A stretch of 63,942 nt of DNA, filler included, from an uncultured Methanosarcinales archaeon (GTDB taxonomy: Archaea; Nanobdellota; Nanobdellia; Woesearchaeales; JABMPP01): NCBI GenBank assembly GCA_964604995.1. It is 3 parts of 3 records of this genome, joined end to end, with 100 filler letters (N's around TTAATTAATTAA, not from the genome) between each part and the next. Parts side by side here need not be neighbours in the genome. Positions count along the whole stretch, not along the records: positions 1 to 28,798 come from CAZSAD010000023.1; 2 more parts are not named here. The stretch is one strand, 5' to 3'. The position numbers were made by a program, and so were the translations under genes. Below the pieces are notes generated by a model. That model saw only the letters and a list, made by a program, of their open reading frames with translations, was not told the origin of the DNA and ran no database searches. Every line of letters begins with the position of its first letter. Within the stretch, counting starts at the first letter, position 1. This document shows, piece by piece, positions 9,376-18,785 of this stretch.

Positions 9376-10218
9376 TTATTTCAAATATTTATTATAAGAT
9401 TTTAAATATCTTTGAACAAAGTAAGATAAGAATTCATTCTCACTTTTAGATAATGCATGATAATAAGATTTTCTTTTTTTGTGCTCTATAATAAGTATAG
9501 GATAACCATTTTTTTTGAGAATGAAATTTGTTAGTAATCTTCCAATTCTTCCATTCCCATCACCAAATGGATGTATTTTTTCAAATTTGTAATGTGCTCT
9601 TGCTGATAGTTCAATTGGATTCATTCTTTTATTCTTTTCTAACCATTGAAAAAAATCTTTGAGTAGTAAATTTAAGTCTTGCCAATCTGGAGCTTTATAA
9701 TTTCCAACTTTTACAAGATAATTCCTAAAACTTCCTGCAATGTCTTGCTTGGTATCTAAAAAAAGCTCTTTGTGCCATTCTAGGATCATACTTTTTGACA
9801 AACTGCGTTTTTCATTAAAAATTTTAAAAAATAAATTTGCATGATTGAGTGTTTCTTTTACATCATCTATAGGTTTATTTGGTGAAATTTTTCTCTTTAG
9901 AACTTCATTTGTTTCTTCTAATGTTATTGTTGATCCTTCAATAGCATTGGTATTATAAGTAAAATCAACTGCAATATCCAATAAAATTTTATTTTTTATA
10001 GAATTTGGATATTGTTTCCATTCTTTTGCAAAGTTTTTCTTTATAGTGGAAAGCTTTTGCCAAACACTTTTCATACAGTCGTACAAAAAAATATCAGTAA
10101 TCTCTTGAATGTTTGATGGAATTTTTTTTCCCAGATATTTTTCCTTGTAGAAAACTTTTCCATCTTTTCTAAAAGAATGACCAAGATAATAATAGTTATT
10201 TCTTTTTATGACCTTCAT
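9376..10218 (-). CDS. Fic-domain protein
   Basis: HPFGDGNGRIGR; FTYNTNAIEG. Confidence 0.95.
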   Translation of the reverse strand: MKVIKRNNYYYLGHSFRKDGKVFYKEKYLGKKIPSNIQEITDIFLYDCMKSVWQKLSTIKKNFAKEWKQYPNSIKNKILLDIAVDFTYNTNAIEGSTITLEETNEVLKRKISPNKPIDDVKETLNHANLFFKIFNEKRSLSKSMILEWHKELFLDTKQDIAGSFRNYLVKVGNYKAPDWQDLNLLLKDFFQWLEKNKRMNPIELSARAHYKFEKIHPFGDGNGRIGRLLTNFILKKNGYPILIIEHKKRKSYYHALSKSENEFLSYFVQRYLKSYNKYLK

Positions 10219-10231
10219 GAAATTTAGATAC

Positions 10232-10276
10232 CATTACATTTATTTAAATATTAGCTATTTTGATTAAAATGTAATG
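10232..10276. promoter_or_regulatory. inverted repeat flanking the fic promoter (putative operator)
   Basis: CATTACATTT (10232-10241) / AAATGTAATG (10267-10276) bracketing TATTTAAATA. Confidence 0.45.
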
Positions 10277-10297
10277 ATAATATTTAGAGAACAATAA

Positions 10298-10417
10298 TTA
10301 TCTTTTTTTCTTCTTATTAATATTTATTACAGGCATATAAAAAATATTGTAGTATAACTTTATTTCAAATATTTATTATAAGTTTTCAATTTATCTTCTA
10401 ACAAGAATTCATTCTCC
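10298..10417 (-). pseudogene. two 3'-end gene remnants (paralog of 11477-11581 peptide; copy of fic 3' end)
   Basis: 10298-10340 reads YMPVININKKKKR*; 10350-10417 matches 9362-9441 (TTATTTCAAATATTTATTATAAG...AAGAATTCATTCTC). Confidence 0.7.
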
Positions 10418-10431
10418 TTAATCATAATATT

Positions 10432-10460
10432 TAAATAGTATATCTCAGATATACTATTTA
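10432..10460. promoter_or_regulatory. perfect 29-bp palindromic operator over the MNT-HEPN promoter
   Basis: TAAATAGTATATCT-C-AGATATACTATTTA, overlapping TATA-like TTTAAATA and ending on the A of ATG. Confidence 0.75.
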
Positions 10461-11011
10461 TGGCAAGTCCGAGTAAAGAAGAAAATGTGTTAAAACTGAT
10501 TTTAGAAAATAGTCCACTAAAAGAATGGCATTTTAAAGAAATAGTTAGAGAAGCAAAAGTTACAAAATTGGTTGCAAATAAATGGCTAAAAAAATATGTA
10601 TCTGAAGGATTAATTAAACATATTAAAGAAAAAGGAAAATTTCCATATTTTACGGTCGGAAATAATAATCCAAATTATTATTCTCTAAAAAGAGTTTACG
10701 CTTTGGAGCAACTTCATAAAAGCGGACTTATTCCAAAACTTTTATCTCTTAAAACTGCAAAGACCATTATTCTTTTTGGAAGTGTTGTAAAAGGGGACTG
10801 GTATAAAGATTCAGATATAGATATTTTTGTTTTCGGAAATATAACGGATTTTAATAAAAAAGTTTATGAATTTAAACTAAAAAAGAATATAGAATTACAT
10901 ATCTTCCACAACAAAGAACAAATTGAAGAGGTTAAAACAGGACTTATAACAAATATTGTTAATGGATACGTCTTAAAAGGACAGATACAAGATTTTGCTA
11001 AGGTTGCATAA
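10460..11011 (+). CDS. HTH + minimal nucleotidyltransferase (MNT) antitoxin
   Basis: N-terminal wHTH-like region; ILFGSVVKG...SDIDIF. Confidence 0.88.
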   Translation: MASPSKEENVLKLILENSPLKEWHFKEIVREAKVTKLVANKWLKKYVSEGLIKHIKEKGKFPYFTVGNNNPNYYSLKRVYALEQLHKSGLIPKLLSLKTAKTIILFGSVVKGDWYKDSDIDIFVFGNITDFNKKVYEFKLKKNIELHIFHNKEQIEEVKTGLITNIVNGYVLKGQIQDFAKVA

Positions 11012-11476
11012 ATGAAACTTACAATTGATGAGCTTGATAAAACATATCAGCTTTGCACAAGCACAGGGAACATAAAAGAAAAATCTACGGATATTGAACT
11101 TATCAAATCATTAAAAATTGTTGCAATAAAAGGACTTGAATTTATCAATAGCAAATCAAAAGATATTCCAAAAGACAGTACTGATTGGACATTTGTTTTT
11201 CGAGATCATTATGAGTCACTTAGAGGACTAATTGAAGCTTATTTATTATTTGATGGAATTATAGCAGATAATCACCAGTGCAAAAATGCATACATTTGTT
11301 TTAAGCACCCAGAACTAGAACTTGACTGGGAATTTCTTGAAACAATAAGACTAAAAAGAAATGCAATCAATTATAGGGGACAATTATTAAAATATGAAGA
11401 CTGGAAAATTCTTAAACTAAAATTCGAACTGCATATCAATGCATTAAAAAAAGAAATTGAAAAAAAGATTATCTAA
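11012..11476 (+). CDS. HEPN-domain protein (MNT partner, putative toxin)
   Basis: Adjacent to MNT; helical; RLKRNAINYRG (R-X4-Y HEPN variant). Confidence 0.75.
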   Translation: MKLTIDELDKTYQLCTSTGNIKEKSTDIELIKSLKIVAIKGLEFINSKSKDIPKDSTDWTFVFRDHYESLRGLIEAYLLFDGIIADNHQCKNAYICFKHPELELDWEFLETIRLKRNAINYRGQLLKYEDWKILKLKFELHINALKKEIEKKII

Positions 11477-11581
11477 TTATTTCTTTTTCTTTTTAACAAT
11501 ATTTATTACAGGTATATAAGACATTGTTCCTGGATTAAATATCATCTCTGGTTCTTTATATTCAATTTTCTTTTTTGCCAT
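11477..11581 (-). CDS. 34-aa basic peptide (not in ORF track)
   Basis: MAKKKIEYKEPEMIFNPGTMSYIPVINIVKKKKK*; conserved C-terminal paralog remnant at 10298-10340. Confidence 0.6.
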   Translation of the reverse strand: MAKKKIEYKEPEMIFNPGTMSYIPVINIVKKKKK

Positions 11582-11627
11582 GAGAATTCATAAATGTTTC
11601 AAGTTAATAAGTATTTCTATGAAAAAT

Positions 11628-11966
11628 TTACTTGATATAGAAATCCCTTAATTTATATCCGCCTGAAATTGGAAAATATTGAAAATGTAATACACCATTT
11701 ATCCCATTTGGATTATTTTCCCAAGAAATTTCCAAATTAAATTCTTTGTTAGATTTATCTGGAATTCTTTGTTCAAGAGGTTCGCCTTGTTTTTTTTCTG
11801 CATCATTTATGCTTTCTATCCAAGCTTGTCTTATAGAAGTTGGATTTAATTGACTAATAGCATCTCTAATTTCTTTTCCACTGTAGGATTGACCCATTGG
11901 TACATTTAAAATACCTCCAACTGGAAGATTTAAACCTTTTTCTTTTAGGGCTTCTTGAAGATTCAT
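11628..11966 (-). CDS. hypothetical protein
   Basis: 112-aa ORF with own TATA-like promoter. Confidence 0.65.
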   Translation of the reverse strand: MNLQEALKEKGLNLPVGGILNVPMGQSYSGKEIRDAISQLNPTSIRQAWIESINDAEKKQGEPLEQRIPDKSNKEFNLEISWENNPNGINGVLHFQYFPISGGYKLRDFYIK

Positions 11967-12024
11967 GAAAATTAAGAAAAGTACATCTTATATAAATGTT
12001 ACTAATTTAGAGTAGTATAAATTA

Positions 12025-12708
12025 TTATGATTTAATTATTTTAGTACTTGAATGGGAAAGGTGTATTGATTTATTATCAGTTTTGAAAATACTTTTTTTA
12101 ACAGCAAAAGATATTGCTAAGTAAATTAACCACAATAAAAATCCAAGAGTATTTGCTACCATATCCCAATGCGTATCAAACTTATCAAAAATACCATTTT
12201 GCATTCCCAATCCATTTGACATTCCAAGCAATCCTTGTCCAATACTAAAATAAGTTGTTCCCAAAAATTCTGCTATTTCATTTATTGCACCAACCCCTTC
12301 AGCAACAAGAAGGGTAATTATGATACATGAAGCAATTGAAAAATAAGATTTCCCGTCAGTTTTTTTAATATTGTGAAAATAATTAAATGCCAAAAAGCTT
12401 AATCCAAATGCATTGATTAGATGAATGAATTTATCCCACCCTACACCGAAAAAATAAATTTCATATGCTCCTACTGTTCCAAGTAAATTAAATATCCAAC
12501 CTATTGCAACAAAAACTGCCCCTGTAAATGAAGTGATAGCATTTTTACGATAATGATATAATATAGGCAATAATAAAATTCCAAACAAAGAATCATAAAA
12601 GAATTTTGAACGCATAAAAAATCCAATTATACATAGTATTACCGTAACTAAGAAAGTTAGAGAAAATAATATTTTCACTTTGATTTCTTTTTTATTTGTT
12701 GTGCTCAT
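12025..12708 (-). CDS. DUF2238/VanZ-like membrane protein
   Basis: WDKFIH, NEIAEF, DTHWDMVAN motifs; multiple TMs. Confidence 0.65.
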   Translation of the reverse strand: MSTTNKKEIKVKILFSLTFLVTVILCIIGFFMRSKFFYDSLFGILLLPILYHYRKNAITSFTGAVFVAIGWIFNLLGTVGAYEIYFFGVGWDKFIHLINAFGLSFLAFNYFHNIKKTDGKSYFSIASCIIITLLVAEGVGAINEIAEFLGTTYFSIGQGLLGMSNGLGMQNGIFDKFDTHWDMVANTLGFLLWLIYLAISFAVKKSIFKTDNKSIHLSHSSTKIIKS

Positions 12709-12738
12709 TTTATTTTCATTTTGATTTAGTTATAAAAA

Positions 12739-13836
12739 TTAATCAAATCTTTCTTTGAAAGTTTCAAAATAAGTTAAGAGTAAAGGCAATAATATTGGAC
12801 CAATAAATATCCCCGCAAATCCGAACATGATAGCACCACCAATGACACCTATCATCACAATTATCTGATTTACTTTAGCTTTAGCATGTACTATTTTTGC
12901 AAGTAAAATATTATCAATTGTACTAATTATCAAAAGACCATAGAAAAATAGAGCTATCCCTTTACCTAGTAACCAATAATCGTGAGAAAGATAGCCGCTT
13001 AAAATTATAAATAATGAAACAGGTGCCCATATAATTGATGTTCCAATATTTGGAATAAGAGAGCAAAAGGATATTAAAACTCCGAAGAATATTGGGAAAG
13101 GTACTCCAAATATATAGAACCCTATAGTCCCAATAACACCTTGCACAAATGCAACAAATAACTGTGCATAAATTACGGTATGTGTTATACTTCCAAATTC
13201 TTTGATAAGTCTTTTTATTGTCTTTGTTCTCATTGGAAGCGTATCAACTGTTTTTTTTAGTATAGTTTGCCAATCTTTTAAAATAAAATAAGATATTATT
13301 AGTGTGAGAAAAATTGCAGCTACCATAATTGGTATACTTATGATAAAAAGAGTTATTTTTTCTTCCAAAACTGGAATAAGTTTTTGTAGTTGTTTATCAA
13401 AACCGAATATTGATAATCTTTCTAAACTGAATGTTTCAGCTTTATTTAGAAGTGCACATACTCTTGAATCTGCACTTGTGCAACTAAAGCCAAACAATGC
13501 TCCTTTTACAATATTAGTGGATAATGAATTATAAAAATAATATCCTTGTTGTGTAATTTCAAATGCCAAAAAAATAAAAGGAATTAGTACAACAATAATG
13601 ACAAGTAGCAACGATAAAACAATTGAAATGGATTTATTTGGTATCTTTTTAAATATTTTTTTGTATAATGGGTAAGAGATGTACGCTAAAAGTACACTAC
13701 TTAAAAGAATAGTTATCATTGGTTGAATGAGTTTAAATAATAAAAATAATGCTAGTATGAACAGTATAAAGGGGACTACTTTTTGATACTGGTTAGTTTT
13801 TGCCATTGTGTGTTGATTGCCATTTAAATCATTCAA
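12739..13836 (-). CDS. AI-2E family transporter
   Basis: LAYISYPL, LIPNIGT, IDNIL, GIFIGP motifs. Confidence 0.88.
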   Translation of the reverse strand: MNDLNGNQHTMAKTNQYQKVVPFILFILALFLLFKLIQPMITILLSSVLLAYISYPLYKKIFKKIPNKSISIVLSLLLVIIVVLIPFIFLAFEITQQGYYFYNSLSTNIVKGALFGFSCTSADSRVCALLNKAETFSLERLSIFGFDKQLQKLIPVLEEKITLFIISIPIMVAAIFLTLIISYFILKDWQTILKKTVDTLPMRTKTIKRLIKEFGSITHTVIYAQLFVAFVQGVIGTIGFYIFGVPFPIFFGVLISFCSLIPNIGTSIIWAPVSLFIILSGYLSHDYWLLGKGIALFFYGLLIISTIDNILLAKIVHAKAKVNQIIVMIGVIGGAIMFGFAGIFIGPILLPLLLTYFETFKERFD

Positions 13837-13855
13837 GTTTTTCGATATTGAATAT

Positions 13856-14170
13856 TTAATTTACTTTGATGTAATACCCAAGTATTGTATCTTTAATTAG
13901 GATACCAGTAACGCTAATTTTACTTCCTTCTTCTGGTAAAGTTTGTGAAGAAACACCAATACTGTCCGTTTCATCTTTTATTGTATATCCTGAAAGCGTG
14001 CCTAATTTGATTGTATTTTGTACTGTTCCAGATACAGTTACTTTTTTTCCAACATAATCTGAATTTTTAACGTCTTTTATTGTAGTTGCCATACATCCAA
14101 AAATAAATAGTGTTGTAACTAGTAAACTAATTATTAATAAAATATTTTTTTTGATTAACATATAGTTCAC
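13856..14170 (-). CDS. OB-fold lipoprotein
   Basis: Lipobox-like FIFGC; GKKVTVSGTV...IKDETDSI. Confidence 0.65.
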   Translation of the reverse strand: MNYMLIKKNILLIISLLVTTLFIFGCMATTIKDVKNSDYVGKKVTVSGTVQNTIKLGTLSGYTIKDETDSIGVSSQTLPEEGSKISVTGILIKDTILGYYIKVN

Positions 14171-14188
14171 TCCACAAAAATAAGCATT

Positions 14189-14461
14189 CTAATTTTTATT
14201 CCAAAATTTATCTGCATCTTTTTCCATTCTTTTTAATCTATCATAATAATCTGGAAATTCTTTTAGATGTGCTAAAGCAATTTTTCCAGTAGTTAATGAA
14301 TCATCATTTGAAACATTAGTATCTACATCTTTTTTTCCATGCTCTAATTCAACATTCATACCATTTTTAAATTGGACAACATTGAATTTATCCCATTTTA
14401 TTCCAAGTTCAATGCCAGTTATTTGTGCTTCTTCTTTTGTAAATTCTTTTTTTGATTCCAT
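14189..14461 (-). CDS. DUF5661-like protein
   Basis: GMNVELEHG...KIALAHLKEFPDYYDRLKRME; start at MESKK with GGTGG RBS. Confidence 0.7.
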   Translation of the reverse strand: MESKKEFTKEEAQITGIELGIKWDKFNVVQFKNGMNVELEHGKKDVDTNVSNDDSLTTGKIALAHLKEFPDYYDRLKRMEKDADKFWNKN

Positions 14462-14620
14462 TTTACCACCACTAATTTTATTTGGATTATTATTACTATT
14501 ATTATAATGAAAAAGCATATCCTCCCATTTGGGAAGATTAGTCTTTTTTAAAAATAAACAGCTACACCGTCATGCTTTTCCATCACCAACATACTCACCT
14601 ATTATATAATGGAGTTTCAA

Positions 14621-14680
14621 TCACTCATCTTCTTTGTCCGTATCGTCGAATTCTTCTTCAGACCAAAAGTCGTTACCCAT
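14621..14680 (-). CDS. 19-aa acidic peptide
   Basis: MGNDFWSEEEFDDTDKEDE* with GGGGGTGA RBS. Confidence 0.45.
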   Translation of the reverse strand: MGNDFWSEEEFDDTDKEDE

Positions 14681-14863
14681 TATTTCACCCCCTAATTATT
14701 GATTAAATGTCGAACACAAATATTACAAACATATTTTTTGTAATAATTGTTGAATGGGAATTACAATTCACTTTGGTATTCTGATTAAAATTTAATATTA
14801 TATCAAATGCACTTCATTATACCTATACACTTGCAGCATATCTTTTTGTAATATGCCCTCCAA

Positions 14864-16186
14864 TTAATTTTTCTTGAAAAGCCCCAAGAACCAATCAATG
14901 GAACTTTTCCACCATGATAATTTAGGTTCATTTTCACCAATTACTTGACCAGTAATGGTACTTTCTTCAGTTGGAGTAACTTCATTATTTTCCTGACTTG
15001 TTGTTTTAGTATTGTCTGAAGTTGTGTCTGTTTCAGCTGGTGTACATGATTTTTTTTCTGTTGATTTAGTAGTGCTATCTGGTAATGTGCATGTTTTTGT
15101 TTGCATTCCTTCTGAATTACAGGCTGACCATTCTTCGCATTGCCAAGTACTTGCAAAGGTTGCATTTACTTCTTCATTTGTTTGAGTTGATGCACATGAT
15201 TTTTTTTCTGTTGATTGAGTAGTGCTATCTTGTTGCGTACATATTTTTATTTGCATCCCTTCTGAATTACATGCTGACCATGATGTACATCGCCAATTAT
15301 TAACTAACTGATCTTCACTTTTGTCACAAACCAATGTGCCACAGCTCTGACATGAACTATCTACATAATTACAATTTAATGGAGGAGCTGCACAGTCAAT
15401 ACAATATTCAATTGGTGGAGATGGAACATTATTGTTTTCTTTAGGTAATGAAACTTTATTGGCATCTAATGTAACTGCTGTTTGTGCTAATGCTCTTCCA
15501 TTTAAGGTTGCACCAGTATTTAGTACAATTGCTGTTTGATCCAAAATATTCCCATTGAATACGGATGTTGTTCCAAGTGTTGTTTGACCAGCAACTTGCC
15601 AGAAAATATTTTCTGCTTTTGCACCACCACTTAAAATAACTTTTTTACCATTGCTAATATCAAGGTTTTGTGCTATTTGAAATATCCATACATCAGATGA
15701 ACTTCCAGAAAGAGTGACATCAGTTGGTATTGTTACACCAGTACCCCATTTATAGAGTCCTGATGTTAATGTCATTCCACCAATGTTTCCAGCTCCAATT
15801 TCAGTATAATCTGGTAATGTTCTTCCTGCAGCATCAGTATATGCTGTTTGCATATCACTTATAGCTGTAGTCATTGCAGTTGGAGTTGGTGATGCATAAT
15901 TAGATGCATAAATTTTCCCGGTGACTAAAGAGGATGTTGCAAATTGATTGGATGAATCTTGTATTAATCCAAATCCAGTTATAAAAGTTGCAGCTGCTGG
16001 ACTCACTCCAATACCCCCAATAATTGAAGTGGTTCCAGTAGTTGAAATTCCGGATTTTGCTAAGATAACAAAATTACTTGCTGTTCTTAGATTCACAGCT
16101 GATTGTGCAGCATTAACACTAAATATTATAAGTACAAAAACTGCGAAATATACAAATAAGTTTGACAATATTTTTTTTTGTTTCAT
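14864..16186 (-). CDS. exported ice-binding protein (DUF3494) with two Cys/Trp repeats
   Basis: Signal peptide; VNLRTASNFVILAKSGIST, WIFQIA, NIFWQVAG, GRALAQTAVTLD; WxCxxWSAC repeats. Confidence 0.92.
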   Translation of the reverse strand: MKQKKILSNLFVYFAVFVLIIFSVNAAQSAVNLRTASNFVILAKSGISTTGTTSIIGGIGVSPAAATFITGFGLIQDSSNQFATSSLVTGKIYASNYASPTPTAMTTAISDMQTAYTDAAGRTLPDYTEIGAGNIGGMTLTSGLYKWGTGVTIPTDVTLSGSSSDVWIFQIAQNLDISNGKKVILSGGAKAENIFWQVAGQTTLGTTSVFNGNILDQTAIVLNTGATLNGRALAQTAVTLDANKVSLPKENNNVPSPPIEYCIDCAAPPLNCNYVDSSCQSCGTLVCDKSEDQLVNNWRCTSWSACNSEGMQIKICTQQDSTTQSTEKKSCASTQTNEEVNATFASTWQCEEWSACNSEGMQTKTCTLPDSTTKSTEKKSCTPAETDTTSDNTKTTSQENNEVTPTEESTITGQVIGENEPKLSWWKSSIDWFLGLFKKN

Positions 16187-16199
16187 TTTTAGTTTCCCC

Positions 16200-17525
16200 T
16201 TAATTTGATATTTCCCCTTCAGCTTCTTCAGTTATTTTATTCCCATTAATCATTAGCCTTGAATCTTTTTTAATACTAAATCCTTCACCAAAATTACCTT
16301 CAATATCCATACCCATTTTTCTGTCTTCGTCCATTTTACCGTCAAAGATTCTTATGTTATCTCTAAATTCAGTATTAACATTGGCTCTTTGTCTTGTTTC
16401 TAATCTTACAACTGGAGCAAAAATGTAGAGTCCATTTCCTGTCATATGTAATGATTCATCTGCGATAAAATCAAATTTTACTGTTGATGTTGAGTTACTA
16501 TTAACAACAAGCTTTCCAACAATTTTTAATTCTCCAGAAGGTAACTTTGCAACATGATCTCCAGATGCATCAGTAACAACTACTTTTGAAATATTTAAAC
16601 GCACTTGTTTATATGTTCCTGGTGTTAAATTATAATCAGCTAAAAGCACTTGAGTTCCAGTTGCTTTTAATTTTAGCAAATCATATGTTTGTTGTTGTGT
16701 AGAAACAGTAGTCCATGTTTCATTTTCATTTAAAACTTTTATACTATCAACTGTAATTTTAACACTGGTGACTGCACCCATATTTGCTGCATCATCTGTA
16801 AGTGTGAATACTGTTCTTCCCCCTTCAAATTCTTCAGTTATTTTATTCCCATTAATCATTAGCCTTGAATCTTTTTTAATACTAAATCCTTCACCAAAAT
16901 TACCTTCAATATCCATACCCATTTTTCTGTCTTCGTCCATTTTACCGTCAAAGATTCTTATGTTATCTCTAAATTCAGTATTAACATTGGCTCTTTGTCT
17001 TGTTTCTAATCTTACAACTGGAGCAAAAATGTAGAGTCCATTTCCTGTCATATGTAATGATTCATCTGCGATAAAATCAAATTTTACTGTTGATGTTGAG
17101 TTACTATTAACAACAAGCTTTCCAACAATTTTTAATTCTCCAGAAGGTAACTTTGCAACATGATCTCCAGATGCATCAGTAACAACTACTTTTGAAATAT
17201 TTAAACGCACTTGTTTATATGTTCCTGGTGTTAAATTATAATCAGCTAAAAGCACTTGAGTTCCAGTTGCTTTTAATTTTAGCAAATCATATGTTTGTTG
17301 TTGTGTAGAAACAGTAGTCCATGTTTCATTTTCATTTAAAACTTTTATACTATCAACTGTAATTTTAACACTGGTGACTGCACCCATATTTGCTGCATCA
17401 TCTGTAAGTGTGAATACTGTTCTTCCCCCTTCAGTTGATTGTGAGGTTTGCAAAGAGCATGCCCCTATTAATGTTACAATTAATAACGCAAATATTAATC
17501 CGATAATTTTTTTTTCTTGTTTCAT
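16200..17525 (-). CDS. lipoprotein with two identical DUF4382-like domains
   Basis: LIGAC lipobox; LTDD, YDLLKL, PGTYKQVRL, LPSGELK, FDF...SLH, FAPVVR duplicated. Confidence 0.8.
   Translation of the reverse strand: MKQEKKIIGLIFALLIVTLIGACSLQTSQSTEGGRTVFTLTDDAANMGAVTSVKITVDSIKVLNENETWTTVSTQQQTYDLLKLKATGTQVLLADYNLTPGTYKQVRLNISKVVVTDASGDHVAKLPSGELKIVGKLVVNSNSTSTVKFDFIADESLHMTGNGLYIFAPVVRLETRQRANVNTEFRDNIRIFDGKMDEDRKMGMDIEGNFGEGFSIKKDSRLMINGNKITEEFEGGRTVFTLTDDAANMGAVTSVKITVDSIKVLNENETWTTVSTQQQTYDLLKLKATGTQVLLADYNLTPGTYKQVRLNISKVVVTDASGDHVAKLPSGELKIVGKLVVNSNSTSTVKFDFIADESLHMTGNGLYIFAPVVRLETRQRANVNTEFRDNIRIFDGKMDEDRKMGMDIEGNFGEGFSIKKDSRLMINGNKITEEAEGEISN
16224..17433. repeat. 606-bp-period intragenic tandem duplication
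   Basis: 16224-16827 appears identical to 16830-17433. Confidence 0.9.
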
Positions 17526-17593
17526 TTTATGCCTCCATTTAAATTTACTGTATTAAATTTATTGTATACTGCTAAAATAATTTATATTCGAAT

Positions 17594-17866
17594 TTAGTGT
17601 TTTCTTCTCATCATTGCTGCTGCAATCAATGCTCCTGCAACTGCACCAATACCTGCTGCAATCAATACTGATTTTTCAGGGTTCTTGCGAATATAACCAT
17701 CGACATTTTCCCTGGTCATTACTACTTTTTCTTTCAAATTATCCATTGCTTCTTCACCGTTTTCTCTCATGCTTTCAGCTTTGTCCATTATTTTATCAAC
17801 ACTTTCATGTGTTCTTTGTCTTATTCCTGAAATTTCTGTAGAATTTTTTGTTTTTGCATTAGCCAT
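17594..17866 (-). CDS. ElaB/YqjD/DUF883-like tail-anchored protein
   Basis: YIRKNPEKSVLIAAGIGAVAGALI..RRK C-terminus. Confidence 0.8.
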   Translation of the reverse strand: MANAKTKNSTEISGIRQRTHESVDKIMDKAESMRENGEEAMDNLKEKVVMTRENVDGYIRKNPEKSVLIAAGIGAVAGALIAAAMMRRKH

Positions 17867-17945
17867 TTTTTCACCTTGTTTGTTGTTTTGTATTAAATAT
17901 TGTTATCATTTTCAATTCGAAATTTTATTTGTTAAATTTTATTTG

Positions 17946-18182
17946 TTACATAATCTCTTTTTTCATCTCACCATACTCTTTTTTTGTTATCTCCCCTTTT
18001 GCGAATCTTTCTTTAAGTATGTCTAGTGGAGTTTTTCGTCCATTGTAATTTTCTGAAGATTTGATCTTATTTACAAGCCAAACTACCAACCAAATTATTG
18101 CTCCCAAAAATAGCACCATAAGTATCCATCCGAAAAAGCCCATACCATATCCGTAATCATAGTATTCCATCATTTTTTTCAC
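17946..18182 (-). CDS. SHOCT-domain membrane protein
   Basis: TM + PLDILKERFAKGEITKKEY. Confidence 0.85.
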   Translation of the reverse strand: MKKMMEYYDYGYGMGFFGWILMVLFLGAIIWLVVWLVNKIKSSENYNGRKTPLDILKERFAKGEITKKEYGEMKKEIM

Positions 18183-18208
18183 CTAATAATATTTTGAATA
18201 ATATTTTA

Positions 18209-18460
18209 TCAATAAAAAATACCCAATCTTTTTTGTTGTTCATTACTATCGTTATTTTCAATGTATTTTTCAACGTATAAATTACGCGTTGCCTCTTCAT
18301 TTTTTTCTGTTTCAAAATTAAGATTTTTCATTATCTTCTCGTGTAGAGCATCCATTTTATCTCGTGTATTCTTATCAACGCTCTTGTACTTTCTTTGTTT
18401 TGCACCAGAGAACTTAGTAAAATTTGTAGTATTATTCATTGTTTCACCTATAAGATTCAT
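18209..18460 (-). CDS. hypothetical protein
   Basis: In co-oriented cluster; internal GGTGA RBS suggests start at MNNTT. Confidence 0.55.
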   Translation of the reverse strand: MNLIGETMNNTTNFTKFSGAKQRKYKSVDKNTRDKMDALHEKIMKNLNFETEKNEEATRNLYVEKYIENNDSNEQQKRLGIFY

Positions 18461-18785
18461 TTAATTTTAACAGTAGCCCAATCACAAAAATAGTTATCCC
18501 TATAGAAAAATAGGCTGCAGTGTTGCTCCAACCTAAAAATTCCCTTAGATATGAAAAAAGTGCAAACAGTAAAAATACAGCTCCGAATCCAATTACTAAA
18601 AAAGAAAGTAATTTTCGCAGAACTCTTTTTTCTATTTGTATTATTTTTTCTTCAATATCTTTCATAACAATTTGCGCACCTTCTGCTATAGGCGAAAATA
18701 TACTTGCTGAAATAATACTAGATAAATAACCCAATCCATCTTTTATCATTCCCATAAATCCGTGTTCTTTTTCGTTTTCAACCAT
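18444..18785 (-). CDS. two-TM protein, YqjE/phage-holin-3_6-like
   Basis: Helical N-terminus, then TM-LGWSNTAAY-TM; near ElaB/YqjD homolog. Confidence 0.5.
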   Translation of the reverse strand: MVENEKEHGFMGMIKDGLGYLSSIISASIFSPIAEGAQIVMKDIEEKIIQIEKRVLRKLLSFLVIGFGAVFLLFALFSYLREFLGWSNTAAYFSIGITIFVIGLLLKLNESYR

